Source of the DNA: Trichechus inunguis | Lineage: Eukaryota | Assembly: GCA_046562895.1 (NCBI GenBank) | Contig: CM102154.1 | Span: forward strand, 28,077,733-28,141,732 | DNA length: 64,000 nt | Direction: 5' to 3' | Part shown: positions 50,361-62,853 of the stretch, piece by piece | Position numbering within the stretch: position 1 is the first letter of the stretch | Layout: each line of letters opens with the position of its first letter | Program-made: the position numbers and the translations under genes | Notes under the pieces: generated by a model | Database searches by the model: none | What the model was told of the DNA's origin: nothing | Seen by the model: the letters and a program-made list of their open reading frames with translations, nothing else

Positions 50361-53217
50361 AATGTCTAAGCTCAATCAGCTAGTGAGTAGGTAAGGAGAT
50401 ATTCTGCCTACAAATTTCACACTTTTCACAATAACCTTGAAGCCAGGAAAGTCACTCATATTCTTAACAGCCTTTCCAACTCCAAGATACTGTGTCTTTT
50501 AAGAAAAAGAGAAACGCTTGCTTCCCACTTTCCCTCATTCGCTACTTAACAATGAAGAAAGACTCCAATGTATGTATTCTACATAAAGTTACTTAACAAA
50601 AGCATACTCCCATTGGGAATAATATTTCTCTCCCAAACAGCAAAGCCTCCTAACTGGCCGTTTCACAAGACATGAACTTAGCCTTTTTAACACTTTCCAA
50701 AGAAACAGATTTGGAGGAATTCCTAGAAGCTTCCTACTTCTATTTTGCTTGTTTATATCCTATATAACATTTCAGTTTTCCCTACATTAATGCCAAAATG
50801 AGTTTACTCACTCAACATCATAATTTTAGGGAGCTACTAAGCACACATTTTGCCCCTTCTGCCTTTGGGTTCACTGCTGTCATTCCTTCCCATCACTCGT
50901 GTGATTTAGGATATAAAATTGGAGTCATTATTCCCTGTCAATGAGTATAAGGAATGTGACCCAGCCGGAGCTGGACTCACAAGGATACATCAGCTGGGCC
51001 CTGAGGTATAAAAACAATAGCTAGGACAATCTTTGAAAACGTCTTTTAGGTAACCTTTCACATAAACAAATACTTAGAATACAACCAAGACCCATCTATT
51101 TTTTCCACTTTATCTTTTTCTATTAGCATTTAGGAAATAGTAAGATTTGTTGGGCCAATGAAGACCCTCCTGACTGTCATTACTAAAATTTGTATCAATG
51201 ATTATTAAGACAGACAATTCAAAATGTAGTGTTATGGTGATTTAGCAGTTTTTAGCCAATCTGTGAAAGGGTGAAGCTATTAATGATGTTACCAATGTGT
51301 AATGTTAATATATACTGATGATTCTGTAACATTCCTTGGACTTGGACAGACATGGCTCTGGCAGCATGCTTGTTCGTTTTCCCACTTTTGCCTATTCTGT
51401 AATATTCCTTGGACTCAGGCAGACTTTGCTCTAGCAACATGCTTGTCCATTTCCCACGTCTGCCTCTTTGAACATATGCCAAATAAAATCTTTCTTTTTG
51501 CTTTACTCTAACTTTGTGGTGATTTTACCCTAGGACACACGTGTGCTCACCACGAGATTAAAACTAACCTCTACTTAAAATGAGGTGGGCAAAGACACAT
51601 TCACATAAAAGGCATCAGCATGGTTTTGCCTTTGGTAGAAAACCCTGTATTGCCCAATCAAGATGTTTAGGGTATTGTTTGGTTTGGGTTCTAATCATCA
51701 TTACGTACACAAAATATATATAAATAACAGGAAATGCTGCATAATGAGAGTCCTTATAAACAGAGAGCTAACATATTAAAACATAACTGAAATGCCACAT
51801 GTACCAACTGATTTAGGTATAAGGCTGGTTATTCAATATAGCATTTTGGGGGAAAATAGCAAGATTGTAAGCTCCCTAAATGTATATCAAAAAAGGTTAA
51901 ATAAATTGTGGTACAGCCATGTATTAGAATACTATGTAACCATTATAAGAATTTGGAAGCTCTATATTTACTCCTGGAACTTTTAAGTGAGAAAAGTAAG
52001 GCATATGGTAGAATGTGTAGAATAGGGGAGGGGTGAGTACACATATTTGCTTTTATCTACATAAAATGTCTCTGGAAGGATACATCAGAAACTGTTAACA
52101 CAGTTCATGAGGAGGGAAACTGGGTGGCTCAAGGATAGGAGACTTTGATCCCTTTTGAATTCTGAGCCATGAGAATGTCTAACCTACTCAAAAAAGTAAA
52201 CAATAAAGCTTGAGAATTATGATTATGAGAGATGTACAAATGGCTATTGCTACATTCCATCAGCTAGGTCATTATTTGTCTTTCTCACTTTCTGCCTGTA
52301 AGGATAACCAACACATACATTATATTCGAGCTAATATATATCAAAGAGAAAAATGGGAATGGGATAAATTACACTCAAGGTCACTAGGCAAATGTTTTTA
52401 TGAGGAAAAAAACATTCAAAATGAATTGACTGCTTACATCTAGAAGGTACTAACATTTATTATATGCCTATCAGAGCCTGGCCTTTCTGTATTTGACTTG
52501 ATCTTCCCAAACTGAGCCTCAGAATGGATAGCTGTCTTGCCCAAGGTCATCAGAGTAAGCTGGGGCACTGGAATTTGAATTTCGTCTTGCAGTAAGCTAA
52601 GGCCCCTGATCTTTTTCAGTGTATCTTAACCACCCTTATCACACAGGTGACATTCAAATTAGGAGCTCCTCTTAATGCTCACTAAAATCATTCGACTTCG
52701 GGTTGTTTGCTGCCCAGTCTCACCAAGAAAGCCAGACTGCTCTGAGCAAACATCCGGGCAAAGACAACGGCTGCTGCAGCTCCCACTAATTCAATAAGGA
52801 CCTGGGCCCGGCAGACATCAGAGAATTACCGAACATGTACAGGGCTGAACTCCTCCCAAGATTTACCCTCTCACCCGGGGAGATATAAATCAAAACAGCA
52901 ATACCTTTCCCACCAAGGAAAAGAATCCGGGCGTTTTCCAGGAACGCACGCACTATGTACTTGAAGCTGAGTCTATTGTTTCTAAGTCACCAGGTCTAGG
53001 GGAAGGAACGCACACCCAGCGCTGCAGAAACCCACGTGCAAACAAGCCAGGCGGAGCATTTCACGTCCTTTACCCAATCTCCGCGCAGCTCAAATAGTCG
53101 CCCTGCGACTCACACTCTACAACGCTGGCTTAAAATAAAGACTTAACACAAGGGCATATGGCTTACATGGAAGAGAAATTCAAAACAGACAGAGAGAGAA
53201 GTAAAGCACACACTCAC

Positions 53218-53300
53218 CAGCCCATCAAAACGGGGAGAGAGAGAGAGGAGAGACGGGAAACGGCCTTGGGAAGTAGCTTCAGAACCTGATTGGCTAATGA
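53218..53300 (-). promoter_or_regulatory. CCNB1IP1: Candidate distal promoter and first non-coding exon of CCNB1IP1. CCAAT box (minus strand 'attagccaatcagg', plus 53286-53299), then about 60-70 bp downstream a consensus donor GGGCTG|gtgagtgtg (exon 3' end at 53218)
   Basis: CCAAT-box-to-splice-donor spacing typical of a TATA-less promoter with a short first exon. Moderately CpG-rich flank at 52900-53100. Distances to RPPH1 (about 9 kb) and to the snoRNA (about 6.5 kb) fit the human CCNB1IP1 long-transcript layout. Confidence 0.35.
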
Positions 53301-56300
53301 GTTAAAGGCGGGTTCCCTCCTCCTTTACCTTAAAACCAAAAATCAAACCCATTGCGGTTGAACGGATTCCGACTCAGCGACCCTGTAGGACAGAGTAGAG
53401 CTGTTACTTTAAAACGTGTTAAAATAACGCAACCCCTTCCATCACCTACCTGTCTTTTCATGCACAGGTTTTAGATTGAACTTTTTAAATCCAATTTCTT
53501 TCTGGGTTAATGTACTTAGCGTCATAAGCAAACACAGGCTAATTCAAGTTGTTTAGTATGTTCCTGTTTAGACGGGCCTACTGCATTTCATTCCAAGCAA
53601 TTTTCCTCCCCTTAGGATAACTTCCTGTCCTTTGTGACCTCAACTTTGGTAATTTATGCAAGGTAACAGGATCTATTATAAACAGTCTAGATCCCCTCAA
53701 GTTAGAATGTGTCTTCTGGGCAGTAGTCGAGCTAACTGGCTTAGTGGATAAAAGCTGGGTGGTTAAGGCTTTGAAATAAAATTTAACTAATTTTGAATTC
53801 GAGCCCTGCTATTGTTGTTAGGTGCTGTCAAGTTGGTTCCGACTCATAGCGACCTTATAGGACAGAGTAGAACTGCCCCATAGAGTTTCCAAGGAGTGGC
53901 TGGTGGATTCCAACTGCCAGCCTTTCGGTTAGCAACCGAGCTCTTAATCACCGCGCCACCAAGGATCCATGGTGTCCCTATGAACAACCGAATGAAACAC
54001 TGCCCTATCCTGTGCCATCTTTACATTTGTTGCTATGTTTGAGCTCATTGTTGTAGCCACTGTGTCAATCCATTTCGTTGAGGGTCTTCCTCTTTTTCAC
54101 TGACCCTCTACTTTACCAAGTATGATGTCCTTCTCGAGGGACTGGTCCCTCCTGATAACATGTCCAAAGTAAGCAAGACAAAGTAATTTACTTGCACAGA
54201 TCTAAATCTCAGCATCCTCAACTATAAAAAGAAAAAATCATGACATCGATCTATGAAAACCAAACCAAAACCAAACCTGTTGCCGTCCAGTCGATTCCGA
54301 CACATAGCAACCCTAAAGGAGAGAGTAGAACTGCTCCAGAGGGTTTCCAAGGAGTGGTTGACCTTTTGGTTAGCAGTCCTAGCTCTTAATCACTGCATCA
54401 CCAGGGCTCCATTCTCATGTATGGAGGTGGTGAAAAAGTAACTGCTTGCATGAATTTTCTTTTGCTATTCTGTTTGTCTACATATTATACAATTCTTTCT
54501 GGATACAAGCAAAGCAATAGAAATCAGTTTTTGCTCCTAAATTCTGTTTGGTTACAGACCTATGCTCACCAATAATTTTTTTATTTCCAACAGTAGCAGA
54601 GATTACATTGTATATATTCTTCTTCTCCTATGAGAGAGGTGCCAGCAGATCATTTGGAATCCCGGAAGGATGAGTACAGGGCTCTCTGGAATCACTGAGG
54701 GAGAACTACTTTAGTAAAGAGCTTTGAATACCAATATAAAACAAGACCAAATAAAACAAAAAAACCCGTTGCCATCCAGTTGATAGCAACCCTATAGGAC
54801 AGAGTAGAACTGCCCCATAGGGTTTCCAAAGAGCAGCTGGTTGATTCAAACTGCCAATCTTTTGGTTAGCAACCTGAGCTCTTAGCCACTGTACCACCAG
54901 GGCTCCGTATACCAATACAGTATTACATTGAAGCATAGATACACAGACCCTATGTGTTTTAACGTTGAAAAGGAAAAGCTGCCCAACTTCTAAAATGGAT
55001 TTCTGGAAAGGGGAATGAGGAAAAGATCTAGGTCCTGGATCCATTGAGTTACCAATGTTGAATCTGCTGACTCCTCAACTCCTATTAGGTGAAATTAAAA
55101 ATGTGGAGCCCTGATATTTTTGGCCACGCTTAGCACAAAACAAGGGGGATTATCTGTCTTCAAAGAACCTTGTTGACCTATGCAATGATGAACTTGAGGG
55201 AGATAACCATTTTAACACCAAGGAATAGTGTAGCTACACTTACTAGTATAGCAGTAGAGGACTTATCAGACTCAGCTGGGGTGGATGTGGGAGTCAGGCT
55301 CCTCGCCTAAACCATAGGCCTAAGAACTTTTGGACAATTCAGGGGAAGTGAAAGATACCAGACTTGTCCCTCATAAGACATTGGTAAATAACACCTCCCT
55401 CCATTTTTGTACATTTTCCTGTCCCCAAATTGATGACTTTTAGATCTAGTCTAACTTATCTGTGCCACAATTAAGTCAGATGCAGCCAACTTTGAACTAA
55501 CACTGAAACACATTAACTAATATAATGCAATCCAACTCGTATTGAGCAGCCCTGGTGGTGCAATGGTTAACTGCTTGGCAGCCAATCAAAACGTTGGCGG
55601 TTACCTCGTGATCTGCTCCCAATAAAGATTACAGCCTAGCAAACCCTATGGGGCAGTTCCACTCTGTACTATATGGTTGCTGTGAGTCAGAATCGACTCA
55701 ACAGCACACAACAATAACATTTATTGAGCACTTACATTTTGTCAAATTTATTCCCAAGTACTTGATACGCTTTGATGTTATTATAAATGATATTTTTTCT
55801 AAAAATTTTACTTATAGTTGTTTCAGGCTCTTTTATAAAGATACGGTATATATACAGGTATATATATGTTGTGTGCTGTTGAGTCAATTCGGACTCATAG
55901 AGACCCTATATATGGCACAGTAGAACTGCCCCAAAGGGTTTCTTAGGCTGTATTCTTTACCAGAGCAGATCACCAGATAACTTCCACCCTGTACTTTTGA
56001 TTAGCAGCCAAGCACTTAACTACTGTGCCACCACGGATATATATACATTCGTCTATGCTAAGCTCTCCTGCTAAGTTTAAAAATTTACCCTGTAGTTTCT
56101 TCTGGATTTTTCATATTTATGATGAAATCTCACGCAAAGAATGAGAATTTTGTTCTCCTTTCTTAAGTTTGCATCTTTTGATGAACAAACGTTCTTAATT
56201 TTAATAAAATCAAGTTATCAATATTTTCTCTTGTAGTCAATGAGTTTTGCTTCTTAAGAAAACCTTTCCCTAACCTCATGATCTAAAAGATATTTATCTG

Positions 56301-56949
56301 CACTTTCTCCTCAAAGGTTTTTGAGTTTTATTTTTAAGTTAGTCTTTGATCCATCTGTAATTAGAACATCCATATTAGACCAAAGCACAACTCCTTGCCT
56401 TGGCCTGAAGGTCCAACTTGCTATGAGTCCTTGGCTGCCCCTCCAGCTTTATCTCACACCACATTCCCCTTTGTTCTCAGTGCTCCAGTCACCCTGCATC
56501 TCACCTCTTCACTACTCATTCTTCTGATAGAGCTCACGCCTTTTACTGAATGAAGAGTTCCTCGATCTCCTTGATTGGTGGGCTGCTCCCCTATTAGAAC
56601 TTCCCTTTGCACTACATACTTTTCCTTAGTAGCGCCTGTTACAGCAGCACTTTTACATTTGTTTGTGCGATTACTCAAATTAATGTCTGTCCCCAACTAG
56701 ACTATAAGCTCCAGGAAGACATAGACTGTATCTATTTTGGTGAAACTATATCAGTTGGAATCGACTGGAGAACAACAGGCTATTATATACCCAGCACCCA
56801 GCAAAGGTGTCTAATAACTTGTTGAAGTAACGAATATCCTAATTTTGAACCATCCTTCCATACTTGGGGCAAAGTCTACTGGTTTATGTTGCATTGTTTT
56901 AATATGCTGCTGGATTTTATTTGATAATATTTAATTTAGAAAAAGTTTC

Positions 56950-57145
56950 CCTGGAAGTCTCAGTTAATGCTCAACTACTAAGCGAAAGGTTAGTTGTTTG
57001 AACCCACCCAGTAGCATTTTGGAAGACCAGCGTGGAAGACAGGGTTGGAAATCTTCTGAAAGTTTCCAGCCTTGAAAACCCCATGGACTGCAGCTCTACT
57101 CTGAAACACATGGGGTCAGCATAAATCAAAATCAACTCCACAGTA
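56950..57145 (+). mobile_element. Older tRNA-derived SINE of a different family from AfroSINE, with a tRNA-like head at its 5' coordinates
   Basis: Head 'tcagttaatgctcaactactaagcgaaaggttagttgtttgaacccacccagtagc', then core '..agctctactctgaaacacatggggtcagcataaatcaaaatcaac'. Confidence 0.45.
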
Positions 57146-57255
57146 ATTAACAGTTTAGAAGGTCTTGCATATATATAATGAAGTCCTCATTTCCTCTGTG
57201 TTGTCTGAGACAGGGTTACCTGGTGTGCTTATTAAAAATGTAGAGTCCTAACTCC

Positions 57256-60200
57256 GTGATTAAAGGGTCAATACACCAGGAGGACATAACCATAATAAAT
57301 ATTAATGCACCCAGCGAATGACAGGGCTCCAAAATACATAAAACAAACTCTAACAGCATTAAAAAGAGAGATAGATGGCTCCACAATAATAGTAGGAGAC
57401 TTCAACACATCACTTTTGGTGAAGGACAGAACATCCAGAAAGAAGCTCAATAAAGACACGGAAGATCTATATGCTACAATCAACCAACTTGATCTCAAAA
57501 ACATATACAGAACACTCCACCCAACAACAGCCAAGTATACTTTCTTTTCCAATGCACACGGAACATTCTCCAGAATACACCACGTATTAGGCCATAAAGC
57601 AAGCCTTAACAGAATCCAAAGCACTGAAATATTATAAAGCATCTTTTCTGACCATAAAAGTAGAAATCAAGAACAGAATAAGCAAGAAAAAAAATCAAAA
57701 CACATGGAAACTGAATAACACCTTGCTCAAAAACTACTGGGTTATAGAACAAATTGAGGACAGAATAAAGAAATTCACAGAATCAAATGAGAATGAAAAC
57801 ACATCCTACCAGAACCCTTGGGACACAGTAAAAGCAGAGCTCAGTGGTCTATTTATAGCAATAAATGCACACATCCAAAAAGAAGAAATGGCCAAAATCA
57901 AAACATTAATCCGACAACTTGAACAAATAGAAAGAGAGCAGCAAAAGAAGCCCACGGACACCAGAAGAGAGTAAATAATAAAAATTATAGCAGAATTAAA
58001 TGAAACAGAGAACAGAAAAACAACTGAAAGAGTTAACAAGACTGAAAGTTGGTTCTTTGAAAAGATCAACAAAATAAATAAACCATTGGCCAAACTGACA
58101 AAAAGAAAAACAGGAGAGGAAGCAAATAAGCCATATAAGAATGAGATGGACGATATCACAACAGACCCAACTGAAATTAAAAGAATCATAACAGAAAACT
58201 ATGAAAAACTATACTCTAACAAATTTGAAAACCTAGAGGAAATGGACAAATTTCTAGAAACACACTACCTACCTAAACTAACTCAAACAGAGGTAGAACA
58301 ACTACATAAACCTACAACAAAAGAGGAGATTGAAAAGGTAATTTAAAAACTCCCAACAAAAAAAGGCCTTGGCCCTGGAGGCTTCACTGGAGAATTCTAC
58401 CAAACTTTCAGAGAAGAGTTAACACTACTACTACTAAAGATATTTCAGAGTATAGAAAAAAATGGAATACTCCTAAACTCATTCTATGAAGCCAGGGTAA
58501 CCCTGATACCAAAACCAGGTAAAGACACCACAAAAAATGAAAATTACAGACCAATATCCCTCATGAACACAGACGCAAAAATCCTCAACAAAATTCTAGC
58601 CAATAGAATTCAACAACATATCAAAAAAATAATTCACCATGACCAAGTGGGATTTATACCAGGTGTGCAGGGATGTTCAACACTAGAAAAACAGTCAATG
58701 TAACCCATCACATAAATACAAAAGACAAGAACCACATGATCTTATCAATTGATGCAGAAAAGGCATTTGACAAAGTCCAACACCTATTCACGATAAAAAC
58801 TTTCAGCAAAATAGGAGTAGAAGGGAAATTCCTCAACATAATTAAGGGCATTTATACAAAGCCAACATCATCCTAAACGGAGACAGCCTGAAAACATTCC
58901 CCTTTAGAAAGGGAACCACGCGAGGATGCCCTTTATCACCAGTCTTGTCCAACGTCGTGCTGGAGGTCCTAGCCAGAGCAATTAGGTTAGAAAAAGAAAT
59001 AACGTGCATCGAAATTGGTAAGGAAGAAGTCAAAGTATCTCTATTTGCAGATGACATGATCTTTACACAGAAAATCCCAAAGAATCCACAAGAAAACTAT
59101 TGCAACTAATAGAAGATTTCAGCAAAGTATCAGGATACAAGATAAACATACAAATATCAGTTGGATTCCTCTACACCAAAAAAGAGAACTTCCAAGAGGA
59201 GATCACCAAATCAATACCATTTACAACAGCCCCCAAGAAGATAAAATACTCATGAATAAATCTAACCAAAGACATAAAAGACCTATACAAGGAAAACTAC
59301 AAGACACTACTGCAAGAAACCAAAAGAGACCTGCATAAGTGGAAAAACATACCTTGCTCAAGGAAAAGAAGACTTAAAATTGTGGAAATGTCAATTCTAC
59401 CCGAAGTGATCTACAGATACAATGCAATTTCAATCCAAATTCCAACGGCATCTTTTAAAGAGATGGAGAAACAAATCACGAACTTCATATGGAAAGGGAA
59501 GAGGCCCCAGATAAGTAAAGCATTACTGAAGAAGAAGAACAAAGTGGGAGGCCTCATACTACCCGATTTTAGAACTTATTATACTGCCATGGTAGTCAAA
59601 ACAGCCTGGTACTGGTACAACAAGAGAAACATAGACCAACGGAACAGAATTGAGATTCCAGACATAAATTCATCCACCTATAAGGAGCTGATATTTGACA
59701 AAGGCCCAAAGTCCATTAAATGGGGAAAAGACAGTCTCTTTAACAAATGGTGCTGGCATAACTGGATATCCATCTGCAAAAAAAATAAAACAAGACCCAT
59801 ACCTCACACCATGCACAAAAACTAACTCAAAATGGATCAAAGACCTAATATACAATCTAAAACGATAAAGATCAATGGAAGAAAAAATAGGGACAAAGCT
59901 AGGAGCCCTAATATATGGCATAAAACAGAATACAAAACATTACTAACAACGCACAAACACCAGAAGAGAAACTAGATGGGAGCTCCTAAAAATCAGACAC
60001 TTATGCTCATCAAAAGACTTCACCAAAAGAGTAAAAAGACAACCTGCAGAATGGGAGAAAATTTTCGCTACAACAAATCTGATCAGGGTCTAATCTCTAA
60101 AATCTACAAGATACTGCAAAACCTCAACAACAAAAAGACAAACAACCCAATTAAAAAATGGGCAAAGGATATGAACAGGCACTTCACCAAAGAAGACATT

Positions 60201-61769
60201 CAGGCGGCTAACAGATACATGAGGAAACGCTCCCGGTTTTTAGCCATTAGAGAAATGCAAATTAAAACTACAATGAGATACCATCTCACCCCAACAAGGC
60301 TAGCATTAATCCAAAAAACACTAATAAATGTTGAAGAAGTTGAGGAGAGACTAGGACACTAATACACTGTTGGTGGGAATATAAAACGGTACAACCACTT
60401 TGGAAATCGATTTGGCGTTTCCTTAAAAAGCTAGAAATAGAAGTATCATGTGATCCAGCAATCCCACTCCTTGGAATATATCCTAGAGAAATAAGAGCCG
60501 TCACATGAATAGACATATGCACACCCATGTTCAGTGCAGCACTGTTCACAATAGCAAAAAGATGGAAACAACCTAGGTGCCTATCAATGGATGAATGGAT
60601 AAACAAATTATGGTATATTCACACAATGGAATACTATGCAACTATAAAGAACAACAATGAATCCATGAAACATTTCATAACATGGAGGAATCTGGAAGGC
60701 ATTATGCTGAGTGAAATTAGTTGCAAAAGGACAAATATTGTATGAGACCACTATCATAAGAACTCAGGAAAAGGTTTAAACACAGAAGAAAACATTCTTT
60801 GATGGTTACTAGAGTATGGAGGGAGGGAGAGTGGTATTTACTAACTAGATAGTAGACAAAAATTATCTTAGGTGAAGGGAACTACAACACACACTACAGG
60901 GGAAGTCAGCACAACTGACTAAACAAACTAAGAAGTTTCCTGAATACAATCAAACACTTCGAGTGACAGAGTAGCAGGGCGGGTGTCTGGGGACCATGGT
61001 TTCAGGGGACATCTAGGTCAATCGGCATAACAAAATTCATTAAGAAAATGTTCTGTTCACTTTGGTGAGTGGCATCTGGGGTCTTAAAAGCTAGCAAGCG
61101 GCCATCTAAGATGCATCAGTTGGTCCCAACCCACCTGGAGCAAAGGAGAATGAAGAACACCAAAGACACAAGGAAAATATTAGCCCAAGAGACAGAAAGG
61201 GCCACATAAACCAGAGACTCCATCAGCCTGAGACCAGAAGGAGATGGTGCCCGCCTACCACCAATGACCACCCTGACAGGAAACACAACAGAGAGTCCCT
61301 GATGGAGCAGGAGAAAAGTGGAGTATAGACTAAGTTCTAGTAAAAAGACCAGACTTAATGTAATGGTCTGACTGAGACTGGAGAGCCCCGGAAGACATGG
61401 CCCCTGGACTCTCTGTTAGCCCAAAACTAAAACCATTCCCAAGGCCAACTCTTTAGACAAAGATTAGACCGGACTATAAGACATAAAATGATACTACTGA
61501 ACACTGTGCTTCTTAGCTCAAGCAGATACATGAGACTAAATGGGCAGCTGCTGTCTGGAGGCCAGATAAGAAGGCAGAAAGGGACAGGAGCTGGTCAAAT
61601 GGACACGGGAAAGGCGGGGGCGGGTGTGGAAAGGAGGAGTGTGCTGTCACAGTATAGCGAGAGCAACTAAGGTCACATAACAATGCGCGTATAAATTTTT
61701 GTATGAGAAACTAACTTGAACTGCGAACTTTCACTTAAAGCACAATTAAAAAAAAAAAAAAAAAAAAAA
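57256..61769 (+). mobile_element. L1 copy F, 5'-truncated within ORF2 (endonuclease domain to the end), with 3'UTR and a 27-nt poly(A). Flanked by a 14-bp TSD 'agagtcctaa[ct]tcc' (57242-57255 and 61773-61786)
   Basis: ORFs 57305-57637, 57723-57974, 58086-58346, 58673-58876, 59382-59825, 59976-60362 and 60527-60745 are L1 ORF2 EN and RT segments. The 3'UTR ends '..ctgcgaactttcacttaaagcacaattaaaaaaaa'. Confidence 0.9.
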
Positions 61770-62221
61770 GCAGAGTCCTAATTCCCCAACCCCCACCCTC
61801 GACACTCTGATTCAGAGGGGTGGGCCTAGGAATGGCTTGGTAAGTGCGCTGCCTCTGCTTCCCACGATTCTTATGCACCCAAACATTTTAGAACCCCTGA
61901 CCTAAAAACATCTCCCTTGTGCTCTCTTTGTGTTTAATGTTACCACATACGTTTCTAACGACCAAGTTTCTCTACTCTTCAGGAGTTCCCTATAGTTCTT
62001 GTAGCTTGGATCTTGTAGCTTCTCTCCAGAACGGATGTGCTTCGGTGTCGCCTTCCCCCGTCAAACTCAACTTTTCCCAAACCACCAACACTCATTCGCA
62101 TTCATTCGTCTGTAATTCATTCTTTTCTCTGTAATTCTACATTCTAACGTCTAGAGTGCTTGTGACTGCCTCTCTTTTTATCGAAAATGGAGCATAAACT
62201 CTAGGCAAAACAAAAGAAAAA

Positions 62222-62557
62222 GAGGACGGGGGAGAGTAGTCTGAATTGGGTTATGAGGCCCCCCTACGGGATACCTCACCTCAGCCATTGAACTCACTTT
62301 GCTGGCCGTGAGTCTGTTCCAAGCTCCGGCGAAGGAGGCATCCACCGCGCCCCTCCCGGGGGTGGAGTCCACGGCTTCTCCTGCCCAGTCTACCCGCGCG
62401 CGGAGACCCGTTTTCTGGGAACTCACCTCCCCACAACTCAGGGAGGGCCCTGTTAGGGCCGCCTGTGGCCCTAGTCTCAGACCTTCCCAAGGGACAAGTA
62501 TAGAGTGACGCGTGCACTCAGTTCGTGGCCCCACCGATGAGCTTCCCTCCGTCCTAT
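62222..62557 (-). ncRNA. RPPH1: RPPH1: RNase P RNA component H1, about 336 nt. Begins ATAGGACGGAGGGAAGCTCATCGGTGGGGCCACGA.., ends ..AATTCAGACTACTCTCCCCCGTCCTC, and is followed by TTTTTC (Pol III terminator)
   Basis: The reverse complement of 62222-62557 aligns almost base for base with human H1 RNA as I recall it, covering the P1-P4 regions ('GGGAAGCTCATCAGTGGGGCCACGAGCTGAGTGCGTCCTGTCACTCCACTCCCATGTCCCTTGGGAAGGTCTGAGACTAGGGCCAGAGGCGGCCCTAACAGGGCTCTCCCTGAG..GGTGAGTTCCCAGAGAACGGGGCTCCGCGCGAGGTCAGACTGGGCAGGAGATGCCGTGGAC..GCCGGAGCTTGGAACAGACTCACGGCCAGCGAAGTGAGTTCAATGGCTGAGGTGAGGTACCCCGCAGGGGACCTCATAACCCAATTCAGACTACTCTCC'). Confidence 0.9.
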
Positions 62558-62660
62558 GAGCCAAACAGCTGTTGGTCACATTATATAAGAATCCCATATA
62601 TGAAGACATTTATGGCGTAGGGTGACTTCCCACAATACATAGCGACATGCAAATACCATG
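62558..62660 (-). promoter_or_regulatory. RPPH1: RPPH1 type-3 RNA polymerase III promoter. TATA box ttatataa (62581-62588, about -25). PSE TCACCCTACGCCATAAATG (62607-62625, about -50 to -68). Octamer ATTTGCAT (62647-62654, about -95)
   Basis: Gene-strand sequence 'ggtATTTGCATgtcgctatgtattgtgggaagTCACCCTACGCCATAAATGtcttcatatatgggattcTTATATAAtgtgacc' parallels the human H1 promoter 'ATATTTGCATGTCGCTATGTGTTCTGGGAAATCACCATAAACGTGAAATGTCTTTGGATTTGGGAATCTTATAAGTTCTGTATGAG'. Confidence 0.85.
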
Positions 62661-62797
62661 GTCCTCCAGGAGGCGTGCCTCCCCGTCCCCTTGGTCCGGT
62701 TCTTGCTGGGGCGCGCGCACGCGCGCTGCGTGTTCCGGCTCTGTGACTCAGCTCGCGATTCCGGAGAGCGGATTGGTGAAGTCAATGTTCTGGGTCC

Positions 62798-62853
62798 ATG
62801 GCAGCTCGGCGGCGGCGGACGAACAGCGGCGGCGCGCGAGGTTCGGAGCTCCG
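62798..62853 (+). CDS. PARP2: PARP2 exon 1 (5' end of CDS): MAARRRRTNSGGARGSEL.., ATG at 62798. The exon 3' boundary is uncertain: candidate donors CTCCG|gtgatg at 62853 or GGGG|gtgagg at about 62908
   Basis: Human PARP2 starts MAARRRRSTGGGRARALNES. The ATG sits in a CpG island about 240 bp from the RPPH1 TSS in head-to-head orientation, matching the known RPPH1/PARP2 bidirectional promoter. Confidence 0.5.
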
